Positions 9,474-20,472 are shown, numbered from the stretch's first letter. The stretch: DNA of 64,000 bases from an uncultured Pseudomonadales bacterium (GCA_964447075.1 CAYUQY010000004.1:3760-67759); one strand, 5' to 3'. The notes: generated from the letters alone by a model not told the origin. Program-made: numbers and translations.

Positions 9474-10703
9474 TCAAGCTACCCAATATCCCTGTAGAAA
9501 GAGTATTGTATTAAATATAAGCCACAGAGTCGAGATAGATATGTAGAGAGCTCCGGATCTCGGGTGTTTGGCAAAGTACTTGCCTAAGCCTAGAAAAAAG
9601 GGTATCGAGATTAAGAAGTAGCGGGGTAAGCTAGAAAACGTACCTGTGAGAGTCGGGACAAAAAATGCCGATAGGGCAAAAAGAGTGTAGCTCCAACGAG
9701 TTGTTCTTGCCATGACGATCATCATGATCAAACCTACCCCACCCACTAAGAATTCAAGTAAAGAAGTAATAAATCTCAAGTCAAACGGAATAGTCGCTAA
9801 AATCTTAAGTGAACGCCAGAGTACTTGAGGGTAAATCACTAGTGAGTTTTGTCGCCCAGAGTTAAAAGCTGACTGAACATGAGCAAAATATAGCGGATCT
9901 CTAAACTCCAGCCACAAAAAGAGCATGTAGCCTATCAAGCCTAAACTTCCTAGAGAAAGAACTAGAATATTTTTGATGACGTTTGGCTTGAGAATTAAAC
10001 TCACTAAGTACTTAAGACCAATCCTTGGCTTAGAAACTAACTGTGAAGCATGCTCCTGCATCATCAGCTCCAGAATCATAGCTGGCAGAAGTAAAATTCC
10101 TACAATACGCGTCGCTGAGGCAAAGACTATAGTTAAGCTGACTAGATACCAATGACCCCTTTTAGCCAGCCAAAAACATGCTACCACCAAACATAAAAAG
10201 AGTGACTCTGTATAGAAAGCACCAAAGAATAATGCTGTTGGAAAAAGAAACAGAGTGAGTAGAGACCACTTGGCCACTTCTGCCCCACTCTCCTGTTTGA
10301 CAAAAAAGTACCACAAAATAAATAAAAGTAAGCCGAAAAAGTTAGTTAAAAACAAGCCAGTGCTTAGTAAGTTGAATCCTCCTAGGGCTAAATTGGGTAG
10401 ATAAAGCAACACAAAAGGAAAAACTGGAAAAAAAGCCTGCACCAGACCAGTGCCAATGTAACCTTTTTGGGCAATAGTCAGGTAGTGCACCCCATCAAAC
10501 CCAGCCCAAGAGTAGAGAGTTCGAGGCAAGCCGAACTTACTCAGTAAATCACCAGAGTAAGGAAAACTAGGACTGTAGGGTAAAAAGTGATCGGAGATCA
10601 AGCCTAGGGCTAGTAAGCTAGCTCTCCAGATAACAAAAAGAGAAACTAGGATTAAAAGCAAACGTGAGTTACTTGAAAAAAATTGCTTAAGTGTTTTAAA
10701 CAT
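9474..10703 (-). CDS. Polytopic membrane mannosyltransferase-like protein (PIG-V/GT76- or DUF2029-like GT-C)
   Basis: 409 aa and multi-TM. YSWAGFDGVHYLTIAQKGYIGTGLVQAFFPVFPF matches the WD..HY..IA..GY...AFFP pattern of PIG-V-type mannosyltransferases. This call is from memory of the family profile. Confidence 0.45.
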   Translation of the reverse strand: MFKTLKQFFSSNSRLLLILVSLFVIWRASLLALGLISDHFLPYSPSFPYSGDLLSKFGLPRTLYSWAGFDGVHYLTIAQKGYIGTGLVQAFFPVFPFVLLYLPNLALGGFNLLSTGLFLTNFFGLLLFILWYFFVKQESGAEVAKWSLLTLFLFPTALFFGAFYTESLFLCLVVACFWLAKRGHWYLVSLTIVFASATRIVGILLLPAMILELMMQEHASQLVSKPRIGLKYLVSLILKPNVIKNILVLSLGSLGLIGYMLFLWLEFRDPLYFAHVQSAFNSGRQNSLVIYPQVLWRSLKILATIPFDLRFITSLLEFLVGGVGLIMMIVMARTTRWSYTLFALSAFFVPTLTGTFSSLPRYFLISIPFFLGLGKYFAKHPRSGALYISISTLWLIFNTILFLQGYWVA

Positions 10704-12417
10704 ATTCCGCGGCCATCGGCTTTCCTGAAGTTGGTCTTTTTCTGATGATCCAGATCACTACTCCAACTCCAGCTACCAAAGAAATAAAGTTCCCTACAAC
10801 TCTAGACCAAGTCCACTGAGTAAATCTAGACTCCACATAGTAGTGACCTTCGTCCAATCTATAACTAATTCTTCCCTGTGAGGCTTCATCTACCTCATAC
10901 TCAATTAATTTTGACTTTCTTCGTAATTTACCTTCAATCAACGAAACATAGCTCTGCCAACCAGGAAACCACATAGTAGGCTCAACTATAACTGAACTAC
11001 TGTCTAAATCCAGAGTATAAATGTGCTTTGTGCCACTCCAAGATCTAACTAAAACCTTACCCCGTCCTGAAAGAATCTCTGCTGTAGGTTGCCAGTCACC
11101 CACTGCTTCATAAGCAAAATTTTTGGCTTTATTTTCATTTTGGACAGTAGTGGTCTGAGTAAAAGCCTCGTAGTCCACTGAAGTTCTATGGAAGTAATCT
11201 ACAGCTTTTAAGTTTAAAACTTGGGCAAACTGAACTCCTAAAAATATGAGAAAAAGTAGCTTCAGCCAAGCTCTAGAGCTCTGAAAAACCCAAGCTACAA
11301 CTGGTAAAACAAAGATAGACCAGAAAAATGCTAGTCTCCAGGGAAACTGGACATACTTGAGCAAATCGTAGCCAAAACTCCAAATGACTCTAGATGCTTC
11401 AGTCTGCAGGAGCACCATTGTCCAGCACAAGCCTATGCTTGCCAACATCAGCTTGGAGTGCTTTGCTACCCGAGCATCTGGCACAATGCAGTAGGAAACT
11501 GTGGCCAGAACTAAAGCGAGCCAACCAAGAGCTCCCAGCTGGAACGAGAGCGAGTCAATGTCACCTGCTACTGAGTATCCAAAGTTAAGTGGCGAAAACA
11601 ACAACTGATCTATAGTCACAAAGTGCTCGTAAAGAGCCCGATTGACTCCGGAAGAATCAAGGGCCGTCCAGCTCATCTCGGCTACGGCAGGCAGCCAGAA
11701 CCAGAGAGTTAGAAGTACTGCCATCAGAAGTACTGTTCCCAACTTCAACCAGCTTTTTATATTTTTTCCAAAAACAAACCAGGCATAGCTCAATAAAATA
11801 ACCGTCCCAAAAACTGCCGAGCCATTATGTGAGAGCAAAAATGCTACAACTAGGAGGAGGAACCCTATGAAGATCCTTAAAGATGTCGCCTGATTCTCGT
11901 TTGATATCTTAACAATCATCCAACTCAGACAAGGAAATAAACAGAAGGCCAGGATCTCTCCAACACCACCCCTAAAGTAAAGTAAATTTGCCAGGAAAGG
12001 CTGAGAAGCAAAAACTGCTGAAGCCACCAGACTTGCAGATAGTGATAATCTTTGCTCACGACACCACAAGAATGTGCCAACTACTCCAAGCAGCACAAAC
12101 GACATAACGATTAGCTTGTAGGTTAGCTCATACTCTACTTTAAAGAGAGAAAAAGGCAGCGAAATAATATTTGCTAAAGGATAGTTGAAGTTAAAAACTG
12201 GAAGGCCGTAGTGATTGAGTAAGTTGCCGGCCCATCTAGGAGGCAGCTGACCTTCTCTAAGAGCTATCTTGTAAGCTGCGAAACGGGCTAAGTGATTCTC
12301 TCCATCATGGGTGTAGGGAAACCCTGAGTGGAAGTAGAGCCTAGTCACCAAAAGAGTGATCGCCAGAAAAAAACAACCTAAAAATAATCTTTTTTTTGTT
12401 TGAGTAACTCTGAACAT
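10696..12417 (-). CDS. Uncharacterised polytopic membrane protein, subfamily B (N-terminal-loop HD..H..R motif); putative GT-C-like
   Basis: 573 aa. After TM1 comes YFHSGFPYTHDGENHLARFAAYKIALREGQLPPRW. It has many TM helices, a large C-terminal extracytoplasmic domain and a final TM anchor. The motif is shared with ORFs 17906 and 39471. Confidence 0.4.
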   Translation of the reverse strand: MFRVTQTKKRLFLGCFFLAITLLVTRLYFHSGFPYTHDGENHLARFAAYKIALREGQLPPRWAGNLLNHYGLPVFNFNYPLANIISLPFSLFKVEYELTYKLIVMSFVLLGVVGTFLWCREQRLSLSASLVASAVFASQPFLANLLYFRGGVGEILAFCLFPCLSWMIVKISNENQATSLRIFIGFLLLVVAFLLSHNGSAVFGTVILLSYAWFVFGKNIKSWLKLGTVLLMAVLLTLWFWLPAVAEMSWTALDSSGVNRALYEHFVTIDQLLFSPLNFGYSVAGDIDSLSFQLGALGWLALVLATVSYCIVPDARVAKHSKLMLASIGLCWTMVLLQTEASRVIWSFGYDLLKYVQFPWRLAFFWSIFVLPVVAWVFQSSRAWLKLLFLIFLGVQFAQVLNLKAVDYFHRTSVDYEAFTQTTTVQNENKAKNFAYEAVGDWQPTAEILSGRGKVLVRSWSGTKHIYTLDLDSSSVIVEPTMWFPGWQSYVSLIEGKLRRKSKLIEYEVDEASQGRISYRLDEGHYYVESRFTQWTWSRVVGNFISLVAGVGVVIWIIRKRPTSGKPMAAEYV

Positions 12418-12476
12418 TTTGGGCTTAACTCTTAGTTTGCAGTCACTAGAAAACTATGCTTTTACAGTTGATCAAG

Positions 12477-13550
12477 TTACTTAATTTTTTCTTTATTATT
12501 CTTTTCAAGCACTCTACGATATACCTCTAGAGTTTGTGAAGCAACTTTGCCCCATGTAAAGCTCTTTTCCCACTTTACGGCTGCTGCTACTCTATGCTTT
12601 CGTTTGAGACTAGACCAACCCAAGACCACCTTCATGGCGTTGGCAATATCTAAAGCTTCTGGAGTCTTGGCATACTCCACATAGTGACTACCGACTTCAA
12701 TAAGTGAGGAGTTGTGGGTCGAAACTACCGGAGTCTGACACCTCATGGCTTCAAGCACTGGCAAGCCAAAGCCTTCATACAAAGATGGCTGCACATAACA
12801 GACTGCTCCTGAGTATAACTTTGATAGAGCAAGGTCAGGCTTTTTGCCAAACTCAGTAAAAAAATGGACACGTTGTTCAACATCAGATAATGCAGATTGA
12901 TTCTCTATCATTCTCCACTCTTTGATCGGCTGTTTAATAAAGTTTCGGCCAGCACAAACCAAGTGAAGATCAGGTGGAAGAAACTTTAAAGCCTTAATTA
13001 ACTGGGGAATATTTTTGTTGTAGTTAATGTCTCCCACATAGAGAAAATACTTCTGAGGAACACCAAGCTCTTGGCGCTCTGAGTCACTAAGATCTTGCCT
13101 TGAAAGCATAGAGTTGGCTGCAAGCTCAATAACCTGAAGTTTTTTTTCAGAAACACCAAGATACTTAATGATGTCACGTTTTGAACTCTGAGAGTCGGTG
13201 ATGACCGCAGCTGCTCTTTTCAAACTAAACTTCTGTTGCAGTAATCGATAACTACCCTTGAAGCCCCTCAGATACTGCTTAGGAAAAAGCAGTGGAATCA
13301 CATCATGAACAGTCACCACAATTGGCCTGAGGTGTCTCAAAGGCAAAGTATGATAAAAAAGATCAAAGTAAGGATAGTGAACTACTTGCGCCTCTAGAGG
13401 ACTGTCAAGTAGCTCAACCCCCTCAATCTCACTAAGCGACTCAGCCAAAAATCTTGTGTAAGCGCCAACTCCTCTATGAGCACTGCCATCAAGAGTGGGT
13501 TTTTTATCCAAAAATATTTTCATATGACCTTCCCAGCAACTAGCAGTCAA
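12477..13550 (-). CDS. Family 4 glycosyltransferase (GT-B)
   Basis: YEGFGLPVLEAMRCQTPVVST is the canonical GT4 motif, within a GT-B two-domain layout. Confidence 0.85.
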   Translation of the reverse strand: MTASCWEGHMKIFLDKKPTLDGSAHRGVGAYTRFLAESLSEIEGVELLDSPLEAQVVHYPYFDLFYHTLPLRHLRPIVVTVHDVIPLLFPKQYLRGFKGSYRLLQQKFSLKRAAAVITDSQSSKRDIIKYLGVSEKKLQVIELAANSMLSRQDLSDSERQELGVPQKYFLYVGDINYNKNIPQLIKALKFLPPDLHLVCAGRNFIKQPIKEWRMIENQSALSDVEQRVHFFTEFGKKPDLALSKLYSGAVCYVQPSLYEGFGLPVLEAMRCQTPVVSTHNSSLIEVGSHYVEYAKTPEALDIANAMKVVLGWSSLKRKHRVAAAVKWEKSFTWGKVASQTLEVYRRVLEKNNKEKIK

Positions 13551-13594
13551 GTGTTTAGACTGAGCTCTACCACCTAGTCACTTAGATTCTAAGC

Positions 13595-14467
13595 TTATTT
13601 ATAGTTTTTTTTATCAATCTCTAGTCCTTGCTTCTTTCTCTCGTAGAGCTCCCAAAGCTTAAGAAAAGCAACCCAGTGATGAGCTCCACTCATGACTGCA
13701 AAAACAAAACCTGACATGCCATCTACATAGCCTCTGTGACGCAAAAAAATAAGAAAAAAAGTTTGAGATGGTAACCAGCAAAGATACTTAATCAGACTCA
13801 GAAGCGAGATCTGTACGCCACTGTCTAAGAGCTGGACAGCTTTGAATGTTGTGTAGTGATTGAACTTACGCAAGTAATCCGCAAAGGTAGGATTACTGTA
13901 GTGGATAAGATGACCCTGCGCAAAAGCCACCTCTCCCTCAACCTCTAGCTGCTCGTGGACATCTTTGGCTGGCAGAGTGGCATAACCTCTAATATAAAGT
14001 CTAGTAACGCAGTCAGGATACTGACCTCCCTTGGTTAGAAACTTGCCTAGAAACCAGTTCTTGCGCTTGAGACTCCAAGCTTTTGACTGGAAGTCTTGAA
14101 AGGCTGGTGCTGAGCTGACTAGATCTGAGTCATGCTTCAAACGACCAATAAAATCCAAGAGCTCAGCATCTACTTCCTCATCGGCGTCCAGCTGAAAGAC
14201 TAAATCACTTTTTGCCGCCTCTAGGCCCATTTTTTTATTGATGTGAAAGTTGAGCTTATTGGTGGTCTTAATTATCTTGGCGTGATACTTTTCTGCTATC
14301 GCAACTGTCCCGTCACTAGACTCACCATCGACCACAATAATCTCGTCGGCTAGCTTGGCAATAGATCCAAGAGACTTATCTAGCATCTCTGCCTCATTGT
14401 GCGCAGCCACTACTACAGATAAAGTAAGATCACCGCTATGATCAATATTTTTACTTGCATCAATCAT
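13595..14467 (-). CDS. Family 2 glycosyltransferase
   Basis: LSVVVAAHNEAEMLDKSLGSI, IIVVDGESSDGT and the DxD-like QLDADEEVD. Confidence 0.8.
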   Translation of the reverse strand: MIDASKNIDHSGDLTLSVVVAAHNEAEMLDKSLGSIAKLADEIIVVDGESSDGTVAIAEKYHAKIIKTTNKLNFHINKKMGLEAAKSDLVFQLDADEEVDAELLDFIGRLKHDSDLVSSAPAFQDFQSKAWSLKRKNWFLGKFLTKGGQYPDCVTRLYIRGYATLPAKDVHEQLEVEGEVAFAQGHLIHYSNPTFADYLRKFNHYTTFKAVQLLDSGVQISLLSLIKYLCWLPSQTFFLIFLRHRGYVDGMSGFVFAVMSGAHHWVAFLKLWELYERKKQGLEIDKKNYK

Positions 14468-14472
14468 AAAAT

Positions 14473-16077
14473 CTAAAGACCTTTCAACTGTAACTTCATA
14501 TTATCATCTCTCCAAATAAGTATCTTCTCACCTGTGTAGAGACCTTGATTGAAGTCGTTCGCCTGGGCATGGTCGATGAAGTGATAGCGACCAACTCTCT
14601 CACCGTACCTCAAGCCTATCCTATCAGGTTGCTGCTTGATGACAGAAGCAAAGTACTCTGACGGTGGAAGTTTAATATACCAGGCTGTCAGGATGTAGAG
14701 GTAACCACTACCGTCCTCTACAGCCACCATTTCGTCTGATCTACCCTGTTCTTGTAGTAGGCTCTCCACTTTCCCTACCATGGTCTTGTACTCAGGCATG
14801 AGATCTCTTGTCTGCCCAGGAAACAGGACAAAAAAACGATAAAAGTAAGTTCCAGCTTCAAACACAAATAACACCACAACTAAGACTCCAATTAATTTTT
14901 GCACAAACTGACTCTTACGAGAAGCTGCCCAAAGCTCTCTTGCGCCCCAAAGACAGATAAAAACAATCATCCAGAAAAAAAATAAACTACGGGTAGCATG
15001 AGGAGCGTCAACAGTGACAACTGCTGGCGCTAAACCTACCACAAGGAAAAACAAGATAAGCAAACATTCTCTGCTCCTTTTTTTTAAAGTAAAAAATACT
15101 CCTAAAATCAAGAACAGATACTCAACCCAATAGATATGCGCTGTCCCATGAGCTGTGTGCCAGGGGTGATTCCCACCCTTGATGACCAAAAAATCTGGTA
15201 ATAGACTTGAAACTGTTCTGGCACCAATCTCCCTAGCAAAGAAAACCACCCGATTGCCTAGAAGAGCTCTAGTGAAAGCTGACTCAAAAGAAGCCCTATA
15301 GTCAACTGACGCCTTCCATGTCAGTTGGTCAGAAAAAAGGGTGATACCTTTTTTTTGACCAGTAGAAGCAGTGAAAAGATACATGCCCGAAAGAAAGACT
15401 ATGGATAAGATGCAGACCGGCAAGATCCATTTTTTCACAGTTGTAGCACCTCGCCAAAAAATAAGTGCTACTACCACAAAAGGCAAAAGTAAAAGTGGGG
15501 TGTTGTAGGTACAGATTGCCAACAAGAAAAGTAAGGCTCCTACAGCATCAACTACTTTTCTTCGCTTAAACTCTCCAAACAGTAAAGTCAGGCTAGCTGC
15601 CAAAAGTGATAGCCCCATGTTAGCCTCAAAAGCAATTCTGGAATAGAAGAAAAAGATGGGTGTAAAGGCTATAATTACGGCAGAGCTCAGTGACCAGCTT
15701 GTTGAAAACTTCAAGACTTTGTGAGCAAAATAATATGTTGTAGTAATTAAGATTAAGCCTGAGAAGGCAGATGGTAAACGTACTGCAAAATCATGAAAAC
15801 CAAAGATCATAAAAGAAAGTGTCGTGGCTAGCATGTAGCCAATCAGCTTGAAGTCACCAAACGACTGAGGAGTAAGCGGCCAACTTCTAGCCCACTCATC
15901 TTTACCAGTCTGAAGTAGAAGAAACGAGTTGTATGCCAGAGCAGCCTCATCTCGATTGAGAATGGCTGGCAAGGAGTCTAAAAAGCTAAAGCGCAAAATA
16001 ACGACTAAAACAAATAGGGATACTACCAAAATTGATAAGAGCTTATGGTTTCTAAAGTTGTTTCTAGTTATGATCAT
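14473..16077 (-). CDS. ArnT/PMT-like (GT39/GT83-like) membrane glycosyltransferase resembling the GT-C fold, subfamily A
   Basis: 534 aa. TM1 is followed by the loop LNRDEAALAYNSFLLLQTGKDEW. It has about 10 or more TM helices and a C-terminal soluble domain. Confidence 0.6.
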   Translation of the reverse strand: MIITRNNFRNHKLLSILVVSLFVLVVILRFSFLDSLPAILNRDEAALAYNSFLLLQTGKDEWARSWPLTPQSFGDFKLIGYMLATTLSFMIFGFHDFAVRLPSAFSGLILITTTYYFAHKVLKFSTSWSLSSAVIIAFTPIFFFYSRIAFEANMGLSLLAASLTLLFGEFKRRKVVDAVGALLFLLAICTYNTPLLLLPFVVVALIFWRGATTVKKWILPVCILSIVFLSGMYLFTASTGQKKGITLFSDQLTWKASVDYRASFESAFTRALLGNRVVFFAREIGARTVSSLLPDFLVIKGGNHPWHTAHGTAHIYWVEYLFLILGVFFTLKKRSRECLLILFFLVVGLAPAVVTVDAPHATRSLFFFWMIVFICLWGARELWAASRKSQFVQKLIGVLVVVLFVFEAGTYFYRFFVLFPGQTRDLMPEYKTMVGKVESLLQEQGRSDEMVAVEDGSGYLYILTAWYIKLPPSEYFASVIKQQPDRIGLRYGERVGRYHFIDHAQANDFNQGLYTGEKILIWRDDNMKLQLKGL

Positions 16078-16090
16078 GATTTAATTCTCA

Positions 16091-17881
16091 CTACTCTTCT
16101 CTACATTTTACCTTGTCACCATCCTTATAAGCGTTGCAGCTCAGTTTATCTATGACAAAGGTTTTGGAGCCATCAAGACTAGACAACCACTCCAAGTTCT
16201 CGACTTTTCCTCCAACTCTCAGTGAGAGCTCATTTGTAAAAAAAGGATCACCAACTAAGACTACTTCTTGATATCCCTCTGATCTCCAGCCTGAAAAGCG
16301 ATCGAAAGAAGCTGTACCTAATTTGATAAAACTTTGCTCCTGAGCATAAATCTGTTGAATTTGAGCAGAACTGTAGTCACCATAGGCTAGCAACCAGAGG
16401 AAAAATCGTCCCTCAAATGGCAAGATATAAATGGGAGCCTGAGATGTAGAGGAAAGCTGATTGACAGCTGCTGCTAGATCAAGATACTCTCTCTGCCAGA
16501 AGCTGGCCGATGAGGCTGGATAAACAGTGAAGTACTGGTAGCCAAAAGAAGTGAGCTGGAACACTCCAGCTAAAACTATAGCTGAACCCAGAACTGAAGC
16601 TAGAAGCTTGCCACTCTGGGCTGAGCTACCAACAACTTTTAGAAAAAATTCATAACTCTTCATCGCCCCATATGACATAAAAAGAACAATTGGTATCAAG
16701 CTATTAAGTGAACGCAAGGCATGAGGCACTTCACCAGGAACACAAGCTGGAAGCAGGGCAAACATCCACCAAGAAAGCAGAAATAAAAACCTAGCTCTAT
16801 CGTGAGCAAAAAGTGTCAGCAGTCCTATCACTAAAAAAGGGGCAAAAATTGACAGAAATAAACCTGAGTGGCCGGTTCCATGCCTGAGGTTTGAGTCTCC
16901 ATTTAAAAATAAAAAATCGAAAGAAAGTGTGGTTGAGTAGTTTTTGAGTAGTTGCCTAGTTAGCAAAACGTGGCGATGATACATAAATTTTGACAAAAGA
17001 GTGTTCTCAGAGAGTGCTCTAAGATGAGTTGACTCAGCCGCATAGTCAGTGTTCAGAATCGAGTTTGCACTCAATCTGAAGTGATTCATACTTGGGTAGA
17101 AAGGTGAGCGAAATAAGAACTGAAGGCCAAGTAAATAGACAAAAATGGGGAGTACTAGGTAAATCACTAAAGATTTGAACAGCTTGGATAAAAGTAATTT
17201 ATTCTGGTTGGAAAGAGACGACTGAGCAGCTTTCTGAGAACTTGAAAGATGGTACGGCAGCTCAATCAAGAGCCAGTAGGCCACAACTACTCCCAACCAG
17301 ACGAATAGAACTGAAAAATAAGTATAGGTAGCCAATAATCCAAAAATTGAGGCAAAGAACAAGTAAAATTTATTTTTTCGTGACAGAACTAGACAAAGAA
17401 CTGATAAACCAAGCAAGAATTGAGCCAAATGACCCTCAAATCCTGCCCGCGAGAACATAATTGACCAAGGAGAAAATCCTAGAACTGCCATAGCTGAGAG
17501 CTGCAGAACTCTTCTAGATGACAAGGAGTACTGATTGAACAACAAGCGGGCAAGCAGACCAACCAGAGCAATACTGCCCACTCCAGCCATCAAGCTAGGT
17601 AAGCGTACTACCCAGTCATGTGCGCCCAGAATTTTTATAAAAAAAGCAGAGCTCCAGATGTAGATAGGAAGCTTGTAGTCACCATAAGAGTAAAATATAG
17701 GCTGCCACCAGTTTCTACCATAGATATCCAACCCTGTCTGGGCTACAGCCCTTGCATCCACAAAAATGGCCACTTCATCCCAGTAGAGTGAGACTGGTAC
17801 AGCTCCAAAACGAAAGCCACGTACAGCAACTGAAGTTGACAAAATAAAGAGGAAAAAAAACCAAAATAGCTTTTTTCTCAT
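16091..17881 (-). CDS. ArnT/PMT-like membrane glycosyltransferase resembling the GT-C fold, subfamily A
   Basis: 596 aa. The first loop is LYWDEVAIFVDARAVAQTGLDIYG, followed by a multi-TM core. Confidence 0.6.
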   Translation of the reverse strand: MRKKLFWFFFLFILSTSVAVRGFRFGAVPVSLYWDEVAIFVDARAVAQTGLDIYGRNWWQPIFYSYGDYKLPIYIWSSAFFIKILGAHDWVVRLPSLMAGVGSIALVGLLARLLFNQYSLSSRRVLQLSAMAVLGFSPWSIMFSRAGFEGHLAQFLLGLSVLCLVLSRKNKFYLFFASIFGLLATYTYFSVLFVWLGVVVAYWLLIELPYHLSSSQKAAQSSLSNQNKLLLSKLFKSLVIYLVLPIFVYLLGLQFLFRSPFYPSMNHFRLSANSILNTDYAAESTHLRALSENTLLSKFMYHRHVLLTRQLLKNYSTTLSFDFLFLNGDSNLRHGTGHSGLFLSIFAPFLVIGLLTLFAHDRARFLFLLSWWMFALLPACVPGEVPHALRSLNSLIPIVLFMSYGAMKSYEFFLKVVGSSAQSGKLLASVLGSAIVLAGVFQLTSFGYQYFTVYPASSASFWQREYLDLAAAVNQLSSTSQAPIYILPFEGRFFLWLLAYGDYSSAQIQQIYAQEQSFIKLGTASFDRFSGWRSEGYQEVVLVGDPFFTNELSLRVGGKVENLEWLSSLDGSKTFVIDKLSCNAYKDGDKVKCREE

Positions 17882-17905
17882 GGGGGATTTATCATATCAC
17901 CCTGG

Positions 17906-19735
17906 ATGGCTATATCTTCCCCTTTTCAAAGCTTACTCTTACGGACCAACAAGGCCTGGAGTATTGGAGTTGTTGCTCTAGTTGTTACTCTAGTCATAAC
18001 TGTTATGGGCCTACTAGGTACGCTACCTCTCTTTCACGATGGCCTCTACACTGCCCATGATATTTGGCACCAGATGGCTAGAGCCCATCACTACTTTGAA
18101 GTCGCCAAAGCAGGACAGTTCCCACCATATTGGGTAAGCAGCCTTGCTCAAGGATACGGCTACCCGCTTTTTTTCTTTTCGTACCACGCTCCTTGGTTGA
18201 TCGGACTGCCCTTGTCGTATCTTTTTTCAACAGAAGTCGTGATTAAACTTTTGTTCGGAGTTAGCTTTCTACTTTCAGGTTTCTCTATGTACTTTTTAGG
18301 TTATGTTATTTTTCGCCAAAAACTCCCCGCCCTTCTTTCTAGCGTACTTTACATGTGGGCTCCGTTTCATTTCTTAACCCTGTATGTAAGTGCTGCCATC
18401 GGCACTGCTTTCGTCTTTAGCTTTTTGCCTCTGGTTTTCATCGGACTAATTCTCTCAAAACAGCCTGGTAAACAAACGACCAGCATAGCCTGTTTGAGCG
18501 TAGGTTGTGCTGGCATTATCCTCTCGCACTTGATCACTTTCGTGATGTTTTTACCATTTTTTATTCTGGGATTGATCTATGTTTTGATCGATAAAACACG
18601 AGAAGTTTCTCTAGCCAAGATCTTTATGACTCTAGTTCTGGGGGGAGTGCTTAGTCTTGGAATAAGTAGCTTTTATTTAGTTCCTGCAGGCTACTACAAC
18701 AAGCTGACTGTTATCTCGACCCAAGCTGGGTTTGAAGACGTCTACAAGGGTAGTTTTGTTAATTTTTCACAGCTCATCTACTCACCTTGGGGTTTTGGAC
18801 CAATTATTTCTTCCGCCAAAGATGGTGAAATTTCACTTCAGCTCGGCCTTGGTCAATGGCTGGTAGTTCTCATGTCTATTTTAGTTCTTGGCTTAGGCAA
18901 AGTACTTAAGAGTAAGATACCTCAGACCAACCCTCTTACCAACCTGCTTATGTTTTGCCTCTGCTCGCTTGGGCTGTCTCTTTTTCTCATGACAGATGGC
19001 TCCAGACTTCTCTGGGACCTGGTCTCAAAAAATATCACCATCGACTATCCTTTTAGACTCTTAACCATTGGAATCTTTTTTTCCAGCTTGATAGGTGGCT
19101 GGCTACTTTATGCCATGAAGTCGTTACTCACCCAAGTTAGCCTGATAGGTAGAAAATTCAGAAGTATTGGCCTAGGTGTGACATTTATCAGCATAGTTAT
19201 AGTGATCTTGTACACCAATCGAAACTATGTTCGAGTCAATCTCTACACCAATGAGCCAGAATCACTCTATGTAGCCGCAGAGACTACTACCAACACTTTT
19301 CACGAGTACTTGCCGAAGAATGCCAAAAGAGAGCTCATAAATAAAGCCCACCAACCGATTGTTGCTTCCACGACAAATGAGGCTCATGTTTTATCTCAAG
19401 ACTCTTTTCAAAACTCCCTCCAAGTCATAGTTGAGTCTCCCACTGGGACAACTCTCACTTTCCGTCAATTTGATTTCCCTGGTCTGTCTGTGTTTCTCAA
19501 TGACCGTAAGTTACTTAAGCACACAACTGACGAAAGTGGCTTAATAAGAGTTGAGGTTCCAAGTGGCAAAAATACTCTCGTTGTAGAGTTTGTCAAAACT
19601 CCTTTGATTCAACTCAGTCTTTTTGTCACAGCCGTCTCTTTGGTTGTTCTGATCTACCTTGTTGCGCGTGAGATTATCTCCAAGGCTCATAAAAGTGCTA
19701 AAATACTAATACTCGATCCTGGAACACAAAATTAA
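17906..19735 (+). CDS. Uncharacterised polytopic membrane protein, subfamily B (HD..H..R motif)
   Basis: 609 aa. LFHDGLYTAHDIWHQMARAHHYFEVAKAGQFPPYW parallels ORFs 10696 and 39471. It has a C-terminal beta-rich extracytoplasmic domain and a terminal TM. Confidence 0.4.
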   Translation: MAISSPFQSLLLRTNKAWSIGVVALVVTLVITVMGLLGTLPLFHDGLYTAHDIWHQMARAHHYFEVAKAGQFPPYWVSSLAQGYGYPLFFFSYHAPWLIGLPLSYLFSTEVVIKLLFGVSFLLSGFSMYFLGYVIFRQKLPALLSSVLYMWAPFHFLTLYVSAAIGTAFVFSFLPLVFIGLILSKQPGKQTTSIACLSVGCAGIILSHLITFVMFLPFFILGLIYVLIDKTREVSLAKIFMTLVLGGVLSLGISSFYLVPAGYYNKLTVISTQAGFEDVYKGSFVNFSQLIYSPWGFGPIISSAKDGEISLQLGLGQWLVVLMSILVLGLGKVLKSKIPQTNPLTNLLMFCLCSLGLSLFLMTDGSRLLWDLVSKNITIDYPFRLLTIGIFFSSLIGGWLLYAMKSLLTQVSLIGRKFRSIGLGVTFISIVIVILYTNRNYVRVNLYTNEPESLYVAAETTTNTFHEYLPKNAKRELINKAHQPIVASTTNEAHVLSQDSFQNSLQVIVESPTGTTLTFRQFDFPGLSVFLNDRKLLKHTTDESGLIRVEVPSGKNTLVVEFVKTPLIQLSLFVTAVSLVVLIYLVAREIISKAHKSAKILILDPGTQN

Positions 19736-19746
19736 GGCTACCTCTT

Positions 19747-20472
19747 TTGAAAAAAATCAAACCTAAAGTTTTTATCGTCATGCCGGCTTACAACGCTGGC
19801 AAGACACTCAAAAAGACTCTCTCCGACATTCCAGATGGTGTGGCTGACAAAATAATCTTAGTTGACGACAGCAGCTCAGACGACACAACAGCTTTGGCCA
19901 AGAAACTTGGACTCGAAGTGGTATCTCATCCTCAAAACAGAGGTTATGGTGGCAATCAAAAGACCTGTTACACCATGGCTATCTCTCAAGGTGCTGATGT
20001 AGTTGTGATGCTTCATCCAGACTACCAGTACGATGCCTCGCTTATCCCAGAGATGATCAAGCCTATTGTGGACGGTCGTGTAGACGTTATGCTTGGCTCA
20101 AGAATTAGATCCAGAGCTGAAGTATTGGCAGGAGGTATGCCACTCTATAAATATCTAGGCAATAGATTTTTGACACTTCTAGAAAACACTATCTTAGGAC
20201 TTAATCTCTCTGAGTATCACACTGGTTATAGAGCTTTTAGCAGTCAGGTGCTCAAAAAAACTCCCTTTCACAAGTACTCTGATGACTTTGTTTTTGATCA
20301 AGAAATACTCTTTGGCCTTGTAGCTCGCGGTGCCAAAATTGGTGAAGTAGCTGTACCTGTACGCTACTTCCCAGAAGCCTCAAGCATCAACTTTTCTAGA
20401 AGCGTGACCTATGGTCTCTCTATACTATATGATCTTTTTGTCTATGTTATATCTAGAGGTAAAGCATTTTAA
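19747..20472 (+). CDS. Polyprenol-phosphate sugar synthase, family 2 glycosyltransferase (DPM1/GtrB/ArnC-like)
   Basis: VFIVMPAYNAGKTLKKTL, ILVDDSSSDDT, NRGYGGNQKT, HPDYQYDAS and GSR: the DPM1-like motif set. At 241 aa it is soluble with no TM. Confidence 0.8.
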   Translation: MKKIKPKVFIVMPAYNAGKTLKKTLSDIPDGVADKIILVDDSSSDDTTALAKKLGLEVVSHPQNRGYGGNQKTCYTMAISQGADVVVMLHPDYQYDASLIPEMIKPIVDGRVDVMLGSRIRSRAEVLAGGMPLYKYLGNRFLTLLENTILGLNLSEYHTGYRAFSSQVLKKTPFHKYSDDFVFDQEILFGLVARGAKIGEVAVPVRYFPEASSINFSRSVTYGLSILYDLFVYVISRGKAF